DNA from: Cystobasidiomycetes sp. EMM_F5
Lineage: Eukaryota
Direction: 5' to 3'
DNA: 64,000 nt
NCBI GenBank assembly: GCA_051047955.1
Contig: JBPGPT010000023.1
Location: 124,001-188,000 of the forward strand
Below, piece by piece: positions 40,546 through 52,563 of this stretch (position 1 is the stretch's first letter; every line of letters starts with the position of its first letter). The position numbers were made by a program, and so were the translations under genes. The notes under the pieces are model-generated. The model searched no databases and was not told the DNA's origin. It saw only the letters and a list, made by a program, of their open reading frames with translations.

Positions 40546-41752
40546 TTGACTCGAGAGAGACGAGCAAAGTGGGGACGAGCAAAAAGGCGAGCAAAAAGGC
40601 GAGAGGAGAACTCGGTGCAGATGGGCGATGGCGCATACAAAGGAAACCGTAAGCTAGGTATGAATGGCTCGTCGGAGTTGGCATCTACACCTACCGGGAC
40701 TAGCATGCTTACCACTCTCGACAAACGTTGTCTGTCATGTCTTAACCTGCGCGGAAAAGGTGCGATCAGCTTAGTTGCGTCAGGAAACCTTTACAATGTG
40801 CGAGCTCCCTGGTGTGGCCAGTCTGCGCTATAGCTAGCTGTGATTTGCACCTGCTTTGCTGCCAAAACAACATGTTGACGACCTCCGAGACAGTCAACAA
40901 TCTCGATTGCCCACCTGTCGATCATGGGCTGTGGGAGCCCGCTCGCCTGCGACTGACGATGGGCTTATCGAGCACTTTTTGGCAAACACAAAACACTGAA
41001 CACGACTGCTGCGCTGTGAGCTCTGAATACTGCTGCGCGCAAACCGGAACAGTCTAGGTTCCCCCATGGCCTCGACGTCGAGCGGGAGTCGTACGGAAGA
41101 CGGGCAACTGTCGCAGGATGTAGGTTGGGGTTTGGATACTTTGGACGGGACTGCGGCCAGTTGGGCAACACGAACAACGAGCACGACGAGTGGACGCATA
41201 TTTCCGAGATTTGGGACAAACGATAGCGACCCAGTCATGCGAACGCGCGACCCGATCAGACCATTTCCATGATTCAAACGGCAGCAGTCTGGAGCGAGCA
41301 ACACGGCAGGACAGCGTTCAAGTGTACACACATACAACTCGCAACACCTCGAAGTGCAAGTCGGAACGTCAAGAGGCGCACCCCGACTCATTGCCGAGCT
41401 TGGTGCGGGTTCCGACTAGGCTGATTTCAGACGATCACTTCGAGATGTAATGACCAAGCTATGGGAAGTCTGCATTTACGACACTCAGCTCGCTGTACTT
41501 GTCACTTGCTGTGGTCTGGCCGACTGCGTGCAACGAGGCGGCCGCAGTTTTGGCGACGTTTGCCGCTGGACTCGGACCGTACATCAACCAGCACAAGCGC
41601 GCTCCGCTCATCGTACTGAGTCAGCTTTGGTTCAAACTACTCCTCGGCCCCGTCAACATAGCGTATACTGTCCTGATGTCACTCAACTGGCCGCATCCCG
41701 CCTGATTGACTTGGATTGTTATTCGTACTGATCATGACTTTTGGAATTGCAG

Positions 41753-43750
41753 GCCATCGCTTCACTCATAACTCAAGTCTCACCAACTGGACAGCCCGCC
41801 CGTGCTCCGTTGAGAGCGCCTCGAGGTGCTCCAAGAGGGCCGAAAAAGCCGGCAACCAGTCGGCAAACGACACAAACTCGGCTCCCAAAGTCTGCTCCTC
41901 AAATTCCGCAGGGTACAACTAGCACTTCGACATCCGACGACAATATAGACCAAACCTCCGCACAAGCAGTTGAGCAGCCCTCGACTGCCGATGTTCCGAC
42001 CCTCCTCGCTCAAGATAATCAAGCTCAAACTCAACCCGCTCTTCAGGATGCGAAAGCTTCATATTCCACGCTAGCTAGCTCAAGCGAAACAGCCAAACCC
42101 GGTGCTCATGTAGTGCCTGCTACGACTAGTGCAGCTGGTGTCACTGGGACGACCAGGACAGCCGCAACGGGCACAACTATGACCGTAGACGACCCTGCCG
42201 CCCAGAACAGCAGTACTGCCGCGTCATCCTTCATCAAAGGGCCCGCTACAACCAATGGATTAGCGTCGACAGGGGTAGAAGCGAGTGCGAAACGCAAGAA
42301 GCGGAAAGGGTTTTGGGGGTCCCTCTTTTCGTCATGTTTTGGCGGCTCGATACACGATGAAGAAGATCAAAATAACCAGCAAGAGATGAGCGAAAAGCGG
42401 TCTGCAGGAACATCTTCCAGTGCAATGACTGACAGAAAAGCCGCAACAGCTGGCAAATCTGCGCTGACAGGACAGACGGGCAATTTGGTTGCACCTCATC
42501 AATCAACAGCGCAAACAGAATCCTCACCTGTTGCGGCGCCACTGGCGAGCGATACGACAGGAACTTCGCTAACAGCAGGACAAAAGGCTGTCGGAGTAGC
42601 TGGAGCGGTAGCTGCGTCTGGGGGAGTCGCCGCGGCGCTGTCCGCTGGCAATACGTCGTCAACAAGCGGGTCTAATCTACCACCGTCACCTGCTCGAAGC
42701 GAGATTTCGCCAGAGATACTAGCAGCCACTTCGAAGGGCGGTGCTGCTTTACCCATTGAGGAGACCGAGGGAGTACTATCCGGAGCTGTACAAGCGCCTG
42801 GGTCTGAAGCGCAATTGACGCCAACGAGAAAAGCGCGAAGAAGGAGCGGTGGTGAAGCGAGTAGTGCGGGAATGACGCCCTCTGCCAGCCGCGCGGACCT
42901 TACAGGCGCGACTGCTGCTGAAATCGAAGGTAGCGAAGCGGGGACGCATGAGGTAGTGGAAGATTCAGAGGACGAATATATGGACGAGGATGAGCGGATA
43001 ATCGCACAGGGAGGAGTAGGGATTCCTCTTGATGAATTTGGCAATCCCAGGCCCCTCCTCGTCGAACTTACGCCGTCGGATAATGGTCGCAAATGCCTAG
43101 TCCTGGATCTCGATGAAACACTTGTTCATTCCTCCTTCAAGCTTATTCATTCGCCTGATTTCGTAGTTCCGGTCGAAATCGAAAATACGGTGCACAATGT
43201 ATATGTCATCAAGAGGCCGGGCGTTGACGCTTTCATGAAGCGCATGGGCGAAATATACGAAGTCGTCGTGTTTACGGCCAGTTTATCAAAGGTGAGCGTC
43301 GCACAATTTTTCAATCTGACGGTACATGGCTAAATCATTGTCGCTATTTCAGTACGCTGATCCTGTATTGGATAAGTTAGATATTCACAAGGTAGTCAAG
43401 CATCGCCTCTTTCGCGAATCGTGCTACAACCATAAAGGCAACTATGTCAAGGATCTCAGCCAGCTCGGCAGGCCGATAGGAGAAACCATCATCATCGACA
43501 ACTCTCCCGCCTCCTACATCTTCCATCCGAATAATGCTGTGCCCGTTTCATCATGGTTCAACGATCCTCATGACACCGAATTGACAGACCTCCAACATGT
43601 GAGTGTGTACCATCCGAGACATTGACGTATAAATTGCTGAAGCACGTCCGCTCTCGGCAGTTCCTGTCGGACCTGGCGGAAGTCCCGGATGTACGAGGAG
43701 TGCTGGATGCTGGCTTGTATCCAGTTGGCAACATGCAGGCTCTGCCGTAA
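41753..43750 (+). CDS. PSR1: CTD small phosphatase, Psr1/Psr2 (NIF/HAD) family; first exon not located
   Basis: [70 protein letters not shown]. Confidence 0.93.
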
Positions 43751-44559
43751 TGCGGTTGCATCGCACGAGCCAAGATGGCACATTCATCCAGAGTCGGCAA
43801 GCTATACTCTTTGTGCATGGCTCGTAGCAACGCACATAATACTACTTTGGCCCAAATATACCGCAAGCTTCATAATTCGGTCTGCAAGCGATCTTCATCA
43901 GTCCTTCTTCCGTATACCTTCTCAGCGCTGCTTTGGCGCTTTTCGACAATGCTGCTTACCTTAGGCCGGAAGTTTCATCAGAACAAGAATATACCGTCCA
44001 CATCTCCCGCTCAACTCCTCGCTGTTTGTCCTTCAGCACACATCTCCGAGTCTTTCGTGCCTGTCTACGCCCAAGTTACGACGAGTCCCGCTGTTTCCTG
44101 TTGTATCCGCACTATGGACGGCCTAATGCAGTTTACAGATGTCCTTGCAGTATGCGTCGGCAGAGAGTGCTGAAATCAGTTTGCCATTGTCGGAGAGCCT
44201 CTTTGCAGTCAGTGGGTCCATTTCCCAGGCCGTTTTGACGGATCGATATCTCGGGCCGTCTGAGACAAGTTGAACCATGTCGCACTTCGTACGAAGCCGT
44301 ATTCAAATCCCTGCGGACCTTTTCATGACCATATGCTCGCGGCTTTGCATACTTCTTTACGCGCACCACGCTACGCTCCTGCTGAGCCGCCAGGAGAAGC
44401 TAACATCTAGCCCCAACCGGGCTGAGCTGACTTGAGCGTAATGGCAACGCGGACTATTTGTTCAATACTTCTGATGCCACGTCGTATTCTTTCTGAATTG
44501 CTGAACTGCTGATTGTTTCCCGCCGTTGCTGTGACTGACACTGCTTGGGATGCCCGGGC

Positions 44560-46071
44560 ATGGGCCGAGGGAGGTGTTGCGTAAGTGGCGCAAGATATTC
44601 CAGTGATGGAGCTTACGAACCATTCTCCTTCTCAGCTACGTCTGTCCCCGGTGCATCGCTGCTGATCTGGTCCGACAGTCCGCCAGTCATCGAAGTCACG
44701 GCAACATGGCTCTCGGCTACCATCATTTCGGATCATTGGAATCGTCGAATTTACACTCTGCAGACTTATGCCGATGCGCTCTCCACTAGTGGTAGTTCTC
44801 TCACGGTCGACCGTCCACGAATGCTGCGGGCCATACACGATGCAATCGGGAATGACCACGCCTTTGCTCGGCGGTTGATGCATACGTTGTGCGTGACAAC
44901 TGACATTGATGGTGACGAAGATTTGATATTTGCACAGCACTGATCCTCGCGCATATTATGCAGGAACTTGCAGATCTGGTACTCAAACCCAAATCGGATC
45001 TGGGGGATTCTCCGCACACCGTCTCGCACAAATGGACGTAATGAGCTGGGACAGCTGTTGACCTACTTTCGAGATCACGATATGAGCGAAGAACAATCTG
45101 CTCCTTCGTCCGTCGAGGACATTTTGCAAAGGATTGCACCGGACCTGGACGTTCCTCTGGAAATGCGCGTTCAGCCGTTTCCCGCATGCGAGATTCCGAC
45201 TTCTACGACTACGGTGGCTGTGGCACGCGACTCGGTCACCTTCGACGCTCCGAGCGCAAGCATTACAAGCGGGAGGGATGGTCTCCGAACAGGCCGTCAC
45301 AGTCCAGCTCTGCCTTTCATTTCTCGTGTACCTGTCTTGGCGGCGAGGACAGCAGCCGTTGCAACGTCAAGTATACAACGTCCTAACTCTCCGCCACTGC
45401 AAGTGCTGGGCTTCGATGATGGTGAGGATAGCCCGCCGCCAAGCTACTCTACCCACGATCATATCAACGCCCGTGTGGCTTTCCCCTCAGCGGAGCCGGA
45501 AAGAGCGCGGTCTCGTTCAGCTATGCCAGCGCTCTTCGGTAGCAGTCACAACCCGCTGTGGAGTCCTCCTCCATTGCCGTTCGCTTCCCCTTCTGAGGCT
45601 GAAGAGCCACTCAGACGAAGCCGTGGCACGACGACGCCATTCCATTCAGGTTCTGTGTACAACAATTCTTCTTCTCTTTTCCCGCCTTTTCTCAACCCTT
45701 CACACCGGCGCCGGACCTTTGATTTCGCTCCGCTTGCGAGGCAGCTGGAGCCGTTGACGGCTTTCTACGAGCGACAGACGAATCTACCTACTTTGTCTTC
45801 ACGGCGCAGACAGCGTGTATATGGCTTCTCGAATCGAGACTCGTCTTTCTACGACCTTTCTGGCGCGCTGAGCAGCAATATGCCCCGCAGCCGTACCTTT
45901 TCTGCGGATCCATTCCATCTGGTCGGCCGCAGCGATTCCTCGCCTACTAGAAACCGATGCACTACTGGTGGCTATGCATCGTCCTTTATCCGTTCGGCCG
46001 ATGATATAGTGGCTGCTCGCATGGCTGTACGGCAATCCACCATCCGGCAGCGAACGGGTATGCTGGACTGA
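44560..46071 (+). CDS. Protein with degenerate NADAR/YbiA-like N-terminal domain and disordered tail
   Basis: Intron 44889-44963 gives RRLMHTLNLQIWYSNPNRIWG...GRNELGQLLTYFRD, resembling the NADAR C-terminal motif. Confidence 0.6.
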
Positions 46072-46615
46072 GCGAAGATGACCATTTGTTGGCCCCTCGC
46101 GAGCCGAGGCAACCTCGCGGAGAATGATGGATGCAGTAGGTAGCACGGCTTGCGCAATTTGTCGCTGGGTCTTGCTCGTCAAAACCGGTCATTCTTGTTC
46201 TGCCATTCACGCTTCTTCAATTGTCTGTCATTCTACACTCGCACACATTAGCTGTCACCCGTTGTCATCTTGTTTCAGATTGTATTTTCCGTTTTGCTTC
46301 AAGGCACCTCTTTTTAAGCTTCTGACGTGCATTTCGGCCCTAAAAGACGGGGCCAATTTGTGCAAAGAGCGGGAAACTTGGCGACCTCCACGACGCTTGC
46401 CAACACTTGCAAGACTCTGTAACCCGACAACCATTCATGCAAACACGCAGTAGCCCATATCGCACGTCGGCTTCTTGGAGACGTCTGTAGCAGCAGACCT
46501 GGCCAACCCCGGGAACAATCGACACATCGAGCAGACTCTGACGGCTGGCAAGGGTAGCCTAGGGAGTCGCTGATAGGACTTGTTAACCCACCTGGCCGAG
46601 CCTAGCTAGCCGGTC

Positions 46616-47689
46616 ATGTTCTGGCAATGTTGCGGACTCGGGCGCCGTCGAGATCGTTATGGACCTGGGCCGTCAAAGGTGATTGACATATATCTTTGCT
46701 GAAGGATCAGAGCAAACATCTGAAATGCATTCTCGCAGCAACCAGACGAGCGCACACCACTTCTGGACTCGGATCAGCTGCCTTTGTATGTCGACATCGC
46801 AAAAGGCGACGACAACTACTGACTCGACCGGACTTCTTGCAGCGTTCCCGCTCCTCCACCGAATATCATCGATGACCAGGCCATTATCGAATATCAGCAA
46901 CGGATAGAAAGGATTCTGGAAGAAGCAGCAGAGTGCGTTTGACCGCTGTCGGTGCCGCAATTGCCGCACAAAAGCTGAAACGAATGACGTCTCATCAGAA
47001 AATTGGTATCCGTCACATCGGGTGTCCTGCCGGCAGACCTCAGCCACGACTCCTCGTCCGATGACGACGATGATGCTGCAAACGTCGAAGAGTCCGAGTC
47101 ACTTCGCGCGTCTACATCCTCGACGGCAAGCACGGGGTCGGAATTGCCCAAGTCTGCAACCATCCAGAACGATCAGAACGGCGACACGCTATGGCGAGGT
47201 GAACGAGACCAGGCAATACTAGCTGCTCAAAGGACAGGTCATCAACAACCATCTCTGCATTCAATGCAAACGGTCCGCAAAAATAGCAAAGCGTCGTCTC
47301 ATAAAGGAAAAGAAGCATCAAAAAATGATACGACAGCAGGGCATGAACAATATGCTACATCAACGACGTATCAGACTGCGCGCTCGCACAACGGTGCTGA
47401 GGTGGTCTCCCCCAGCGACAGCGAAGTCAACTCCGGCGAAGAGACGCCTACGCCCACAAGGCGGAAGCATGGAGTGGGGATATCGACAAAAACACACAAA
47501 TCGAGGCGGAAAGTGAAAGATGTATGGAAGGTACGTGTATTGTTCTGCCGCATCCTTAGCAGCTTGAAACTCAGACTAGCTTTTGGCTCTCTGAATTTAC
47601 AGAATTCCAGTGCTTCGCGACAGCTCGATGAGGTCTTGGACTCCTCACAGGAAGAGTTTGCGAAATTGATCATGAAGGACCGACGCTAG
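46616..47689 (+). CDS. LAMTOR1/Ego1(Meh1)-like lysosomal/vacuolar adaptor
   Basis: Spliced MFWQCCGLGRRR...QPDERTPLL...YQQRIERILEEAAEKLVSV: di-Cys, acidic dileucine signal and helix in the order typical of the family. Confidence 0.6.
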
Positions 47690-47927
47690 CGAAAACAAAA
47701 CTTTCCAAAGCCGCTCTATGAGGAATTTCGCAAGTTTAGTACTCGTCAGAACGTCATGAAGGCAGGCGTTGCAAAGTAAAGGCGGTCTGCAGGATAGCAG
47801 TACAGAAGGGTATATACCGCGCTGTTGTTATTACTATTAGACTATGCAAACCAAAAGACCCATTTCTCTCCACAATGAGTCTAGCCCTTTTTGGCTGCTT
47901 TCTCACTTGAAATAAGTATGCAAAGTC

Positions 47928-49062
47928 ATGGCTCTAGTGACACTGTCTGGCTTTCCATGCTCTGGTAAATCCACGCGAGCCAAGCAGCTCCAGACCTTCC
48001 TTGAAGAGCGGCAACCATTGCCCGTCATACTCGTCGACGAGGATACCATAAACGTGTCTCGAAGTGCTTATGATGGTGACTAGAGTACTTCAAACCATGA
48101 GAATCATCGCAGAACTGACTTGCATTTCCTACCAGCTGCCTCTACCGAGAAGCCAGCCAGAGCTGCCCTCTTCTCTGCCGTTACGAGAAATGTTGCACCA
48201 GGCAGGATAGTCATTTGCGATGCAATGAACTATATCAAAGGGTTCCGATATCAACTATACTGCGCAGCGAGGGAAGCGCGGTGTAGAACGTGTACGGTGC
48301 GGTCAGTTTCCATTCAACATTACATCTGTGCAACCTTGTAAGAAAGATGATCCCCATCAACAATGCTGACATGCCACCATCGTTTGCTGTTCGCAGATAC
48401 AAATAGCAACACCTGCAGACCAATGTAAGGAGTGGAATAGCGCACGCTCGGAAAATGCTTACACGCCCGAAACGTAAGTCTGATGGGTATTTGGGGCTTG
48501 CTTATCAGCCAGATCTAATCTGATATCACTCATCTTTCTAGCCTGGACAATCTCATTTCACGATACGAAGAGCCGAGCCCTTTCGTCCGATGGGATTCGC
48601 CTCTGATAGTCATCCCATGGTCGGATATTGATCTGCCAGCCGACGCTGTCATGGATGCCCTAACCAAATCCGAGTTGCGCCCTCCAAATCAGGCAACAAA
48701 CTCAGTCAGTTGTCGTGCATCTTGTCAAAGCTTTTGCTGAATCGGATCCCGCTCTGCAGGCTGCAACTGGCACAACAGACTACTTGCAGTTGCTGGAGAG
48801 TACTGCCGGTAGTCTCATCTCTGCACTTCTCGTAGCTCAGGCCGCCGTTCCTGGAGGTGGTAGCACGTCTTTTGCCGTTGATTTAGCGACAGCGACCGTA
48901 CGAGTATCAATGAATCTTCCTGCGAGAACAATGACGATGCCGCAATTACAGCGGATGAGACGGCAGTTTGTAACACTACAGAAGAAGGCATCGGGCGCCG
49001 AGCTGAGCGCTCCGACGATAGCAGAGCTGTTTGCTCGATACGTTGAAGACAACTTGCAATAG
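47928..49062 (+). CDS. KTI12: Elongator-associated protein KTI12
   Basis: MALVTLSGFPCSGKSTRA P-loop; DAMNYIKGFRYQLYCAARE; RYEEP...RWDSPL; LQRMRRQF. Confidence 0.93.
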
Positions 49063-49429
49063 GGCAGCATGAATGCGAGAAGTGGAGCTATTGACGAGCG
49101 TAACAGCTTGAAGACTGCAGAGCTTCGGTAATCCTTCCCCTCACGTACTCTCCATTTCTTCGTGTACATCCTGTGCATATCCAATTGACCTTCGTCTGCG
49201 GTGCCTGACGCTCAGGCCTCGTGTGCACAGATCCACCAACTTCCGGACCCGTCTCGATGACTGTTGCTATGGCCTCTTTCCTCTCATTGTGGCCTAAAAG
49301 CGTACGATGTAGCTGACAGTCAGCTTTCCGGTCCGTTGTTCCTCTCTTCCCTTCCACTTCTTGTCGTCCGGCCATGGTGCGTGATCATCATTAAATCTTG
49401 ATGTAAACGTTGCAATACCCTTTGCAGCC

Positions 49430-50649
49430 ATGCCGGGGCCAGATATTCCAGTCCCCGAGTGGATAGAGTACCAGATGGCGGAGCTGAGGGGTGCGATCAG
49501 GGAGATGGATGAAGCTGCCAGACTTCTCGCCGCGGAACAAGCAGCTCAGTCGAAACTTCAGGACCAGATAAGAAAGGCAAGAAAGATGGGTATATCGCTC
49601 GAGGCCTGGCAATCGATAATGCAGAATAGCGCAAGCGAGAATCTGCCTCCAAAGAAGCCACAAAGTGCTGTAAGTAATCTAAATTCTTTAAGATGGGTAG
49701 GGCTTGTTACTGAGTCTATGAGCACAGTTTGCTTTGTTCAGGCAGAAACGGCTACCAAATCTGAAGCTCGCGTACCCTGAAATGACGAAACCAGCCAAGC
49801 AATGGCAGTGGCTGTCGAGAGAATGGCGCGAGATGTCAAAGGTGCGCCAGCCTGACTGTAGAGTTAAGAGCGAGGCTACGCATGTTGATCATACCTTATC
49901 AGACTGAAAAGCAGCCATACATCGAAGAACACGCCAACTTGGGTGGAACGCCTTCGAAGCGCCGAAGGGCTTCTGCCGTGAGACCAGAGCTGGTCTTCCG
50001 CCCACTGTCGAAAGGTCGAGCGTTTGCTGGGGAAAAGAAAATTCAAGCAGATATGCAAGATGCTTTCGAAGCTACGACTTTGCCTAAACGTAGGAATGCG
50101 ACCAAAAGTATACCGTTCGACGATATTATAGATCTAACTCAGTCTGATGACGACTCAACGCTCCCGGCTTTGACGGCTCGGACTCCATTCTGGCATGGCT
50201 CGCGACATGCCAGCAACGATGATTCCCGCACAAACACATCTGCTAATCGTCAGCGTTAAACTGTCAGGAAGCCTCGATACGTGCCTGCGACTTGCGGGTA
50301 TTGCAAAGGCAAAGGTCATGTTAAATCAAGCGTGAATCATTCAGAGTCAACCTGTCACGCAAAGTTTGCCGATGCGGCACGAAGCGAACCAAAATTTCCG
50401 CAACGCAAATCGTCTCCGCAACATGTAGCCTACAACCAAACCTGTGCCTCTCCGTCTTCTGCATCCGCTGCTACGATTAGCGCATTGTGCAGTACTCGCG
50501 GCTACAGCACGTCACAAGCTTCCTCAGTGCCTGCACCCATAATCCATGAGAAGTATCATATCGTCGACGAGATAGTTGATTTCGAAAGTGACGGAGCTGC
50601 CAGCGTCATGGACCTCGATGGCTATGATAGTATCGGCGATTTCGATTGA
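49430..50649 (+). CDS. HMG-box (HMGB/NHP6-like box) protein with possible C-terminal CCHC zinc motif
   Basis: Splicing gives PPKKPQSAFALFRQKRLPNLKLAYPEMTKPAKQWQWLSREWREMSKTEKQPYIEEH; downstream CGYC...H...C segment; 3' extent uncertain. Confidence 0.7.
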
Positions 50650-50789
50650 CGCCAAGAGGCGCCGCTGTCGTAGCCTGGGCGTTACGGCAACGCGCTGAAC
50701 AATAGCCCGTAGATTTCGGAACGCCTTGCGTTACCGATATAATGATGACCGGTTCACACAGCGATGCTGCCACCCATTGCGGCGATCTT

Positions 50790-52487
50790 TCAAGTAGTTC
50801 CGCTAGACTTCTTAGCTTTCACTTCGACAGTCATCAGGTCGCGAGTGATTATGGCACGTCTGTCTTCAGTATCCCAGGCCGCTGTCGCTAGCTGTTCAAT
50901 CTTGCGCAAGCGAGCCAGTTTATACTCTCTTTCGCTAGCGGAACCGTAGACCGGTGGGCCTACATCGGTAACGGTGACGTGCTCATTGACCTGAACATGG
51001 CCCTCTTTATCTTTCTGCAGAGTCGAGCCACCGTCGAGATACCTGCCACTTATGTGATTGAGGAATAGCGATTTTGCCCTTATCCGCTTAGCGAAAGCAC
51101 CAGCGACCTGTAGTCAGAATACGTTCAGTTGATGACATTTGTTGGTGCGCAAATCCATCTCGTACTTCTGGTGTGCTGTGTCCATGGCGTCTGGCCTTTT
51201 CCCTTATACTTGATTGAGTATCTTCGGGTTTGATAGTGTCGTCCAGTCCAGGCATGTAGGCATTCGTCGACTCGTGTACAACGAGATCAGCGTCTTTCGC
51301 CAGCTCGTCCATTGCTGTGCTCTCCGCATCGTACGTGTCCCCTAGTATGACGAGCTTGCGGACGTTGGTGTTCAGAGGTGGTGGCTGCAATACTGTACCA
51401 TCAGGCAGTGTAATGGGGTCCCGACTGGCTTGAAGGCGCGACAGCAGTTCGATCGGTTTCTTGAGTCTGAAAGGCGGGGCTAGCAGAGCAGCAGCATTCT
51501 TCTGAATTGCGGGCAGATACTTTTGTGGTTCGATTGTACCTGCTCGAGGATACTCTTCCAGCACAAAGCCCACGCAGGGAACGGTGTGCTTTATCGGTAC
51601 GGCTGAGACTTGCATCCGTTCGTCCGGTCCTACAATGTCTAGCCAGGATCCATTCTTGTCAATGTATACGTCTCTGCCCTCACGTTCGCTGTGATGCAGG
51701 TGACCTGTGCAGGGCTTGTCGTCGCTAAACAGTAGTTCGTGCACTCGATATGTGCAGGGTAGCCGAGTGTACGTGCACTGTAGAGTCGTCCGTACCAATC
51801 GGCGAATGCCCGACAGCCCGTATATGTCGACAGGCTTCTGCGAATGACGAGGTCAACCTTAATACATCATCCATAGTCGACGCACATACTGATACGGCAG
51901 CTTTGTTCCTACGAGGGTCAGCCGAATCTACCACGCCGCCTGCTGTATCCTCCAATGCGCACAAGAGAGGCACTAAACCAAAGACGTGATCTCCGTGATT
52001 GTGCGTTAGAAACTACGGTATCATACATCAGTCGCACAGACAGGGGGTCGACGCCACACCTACAATTTTCGTGATTGAAGGTATTCGCAGATGCGGCGTC
52101 TTTACAAACTGATGCTGAGTTGCTTCCCCGGCGTCAAAGAGCCATATCTGAGGGCATTGTCAGATGATGTGCAGATACGCGGAAAGAAGCATCACCTCGC
52201 TGTCCAAACGCAGAGCCGATGCGCTGACGTTGCGCGACCTGGACGGCGAGCCTGCGCAAGTGCCCAGCCAGGTTCTGAGTAGTGATGAGAGTCAGTTGTT
52301 GAATCGTGCGCCGTCAATGCTAAACAACGTGCAGTTCGAGATTGTCGAGCTTCATCCTTTTCGACTTGGGAGCCACCGGCTTCACAATGTCCCTGTGAGG
52401 TTTAGAGATGAAAAGTCGCTGCCTGGGAGTCCTGACTGGAGCGATAGCTACACGCGCCGCTGCCAGTGACCGCGCTGATGATGGCAT
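50790..52487 (-). CDS. Short-form tRNase Z (RNase Z/ELAC1-like metallo-beta-lactamase)
   Basis: ELTWLGTCAGSPSRSRNVSA, WLFDAGEATQHQ, THNHGDHVFGL, HTVPCVGF, RKLVILGDT, VHEST, HGHSTP, LNHISGRY. Confidence 0.88.
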
Positions 52488-52563
52488 GCGATATGTCGAG
52501 TCGATGGAGTGCCAGCTCAACTGATTGACGATTTATTACAACTCGGACTGTCCGACATCCAGC

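Noticed and set aside
40560..40605. Short CGAGCAAAAAGG repeats
   Set aside because: Two to three imperfect copies in a presumed 3' UTR; no spacer structure
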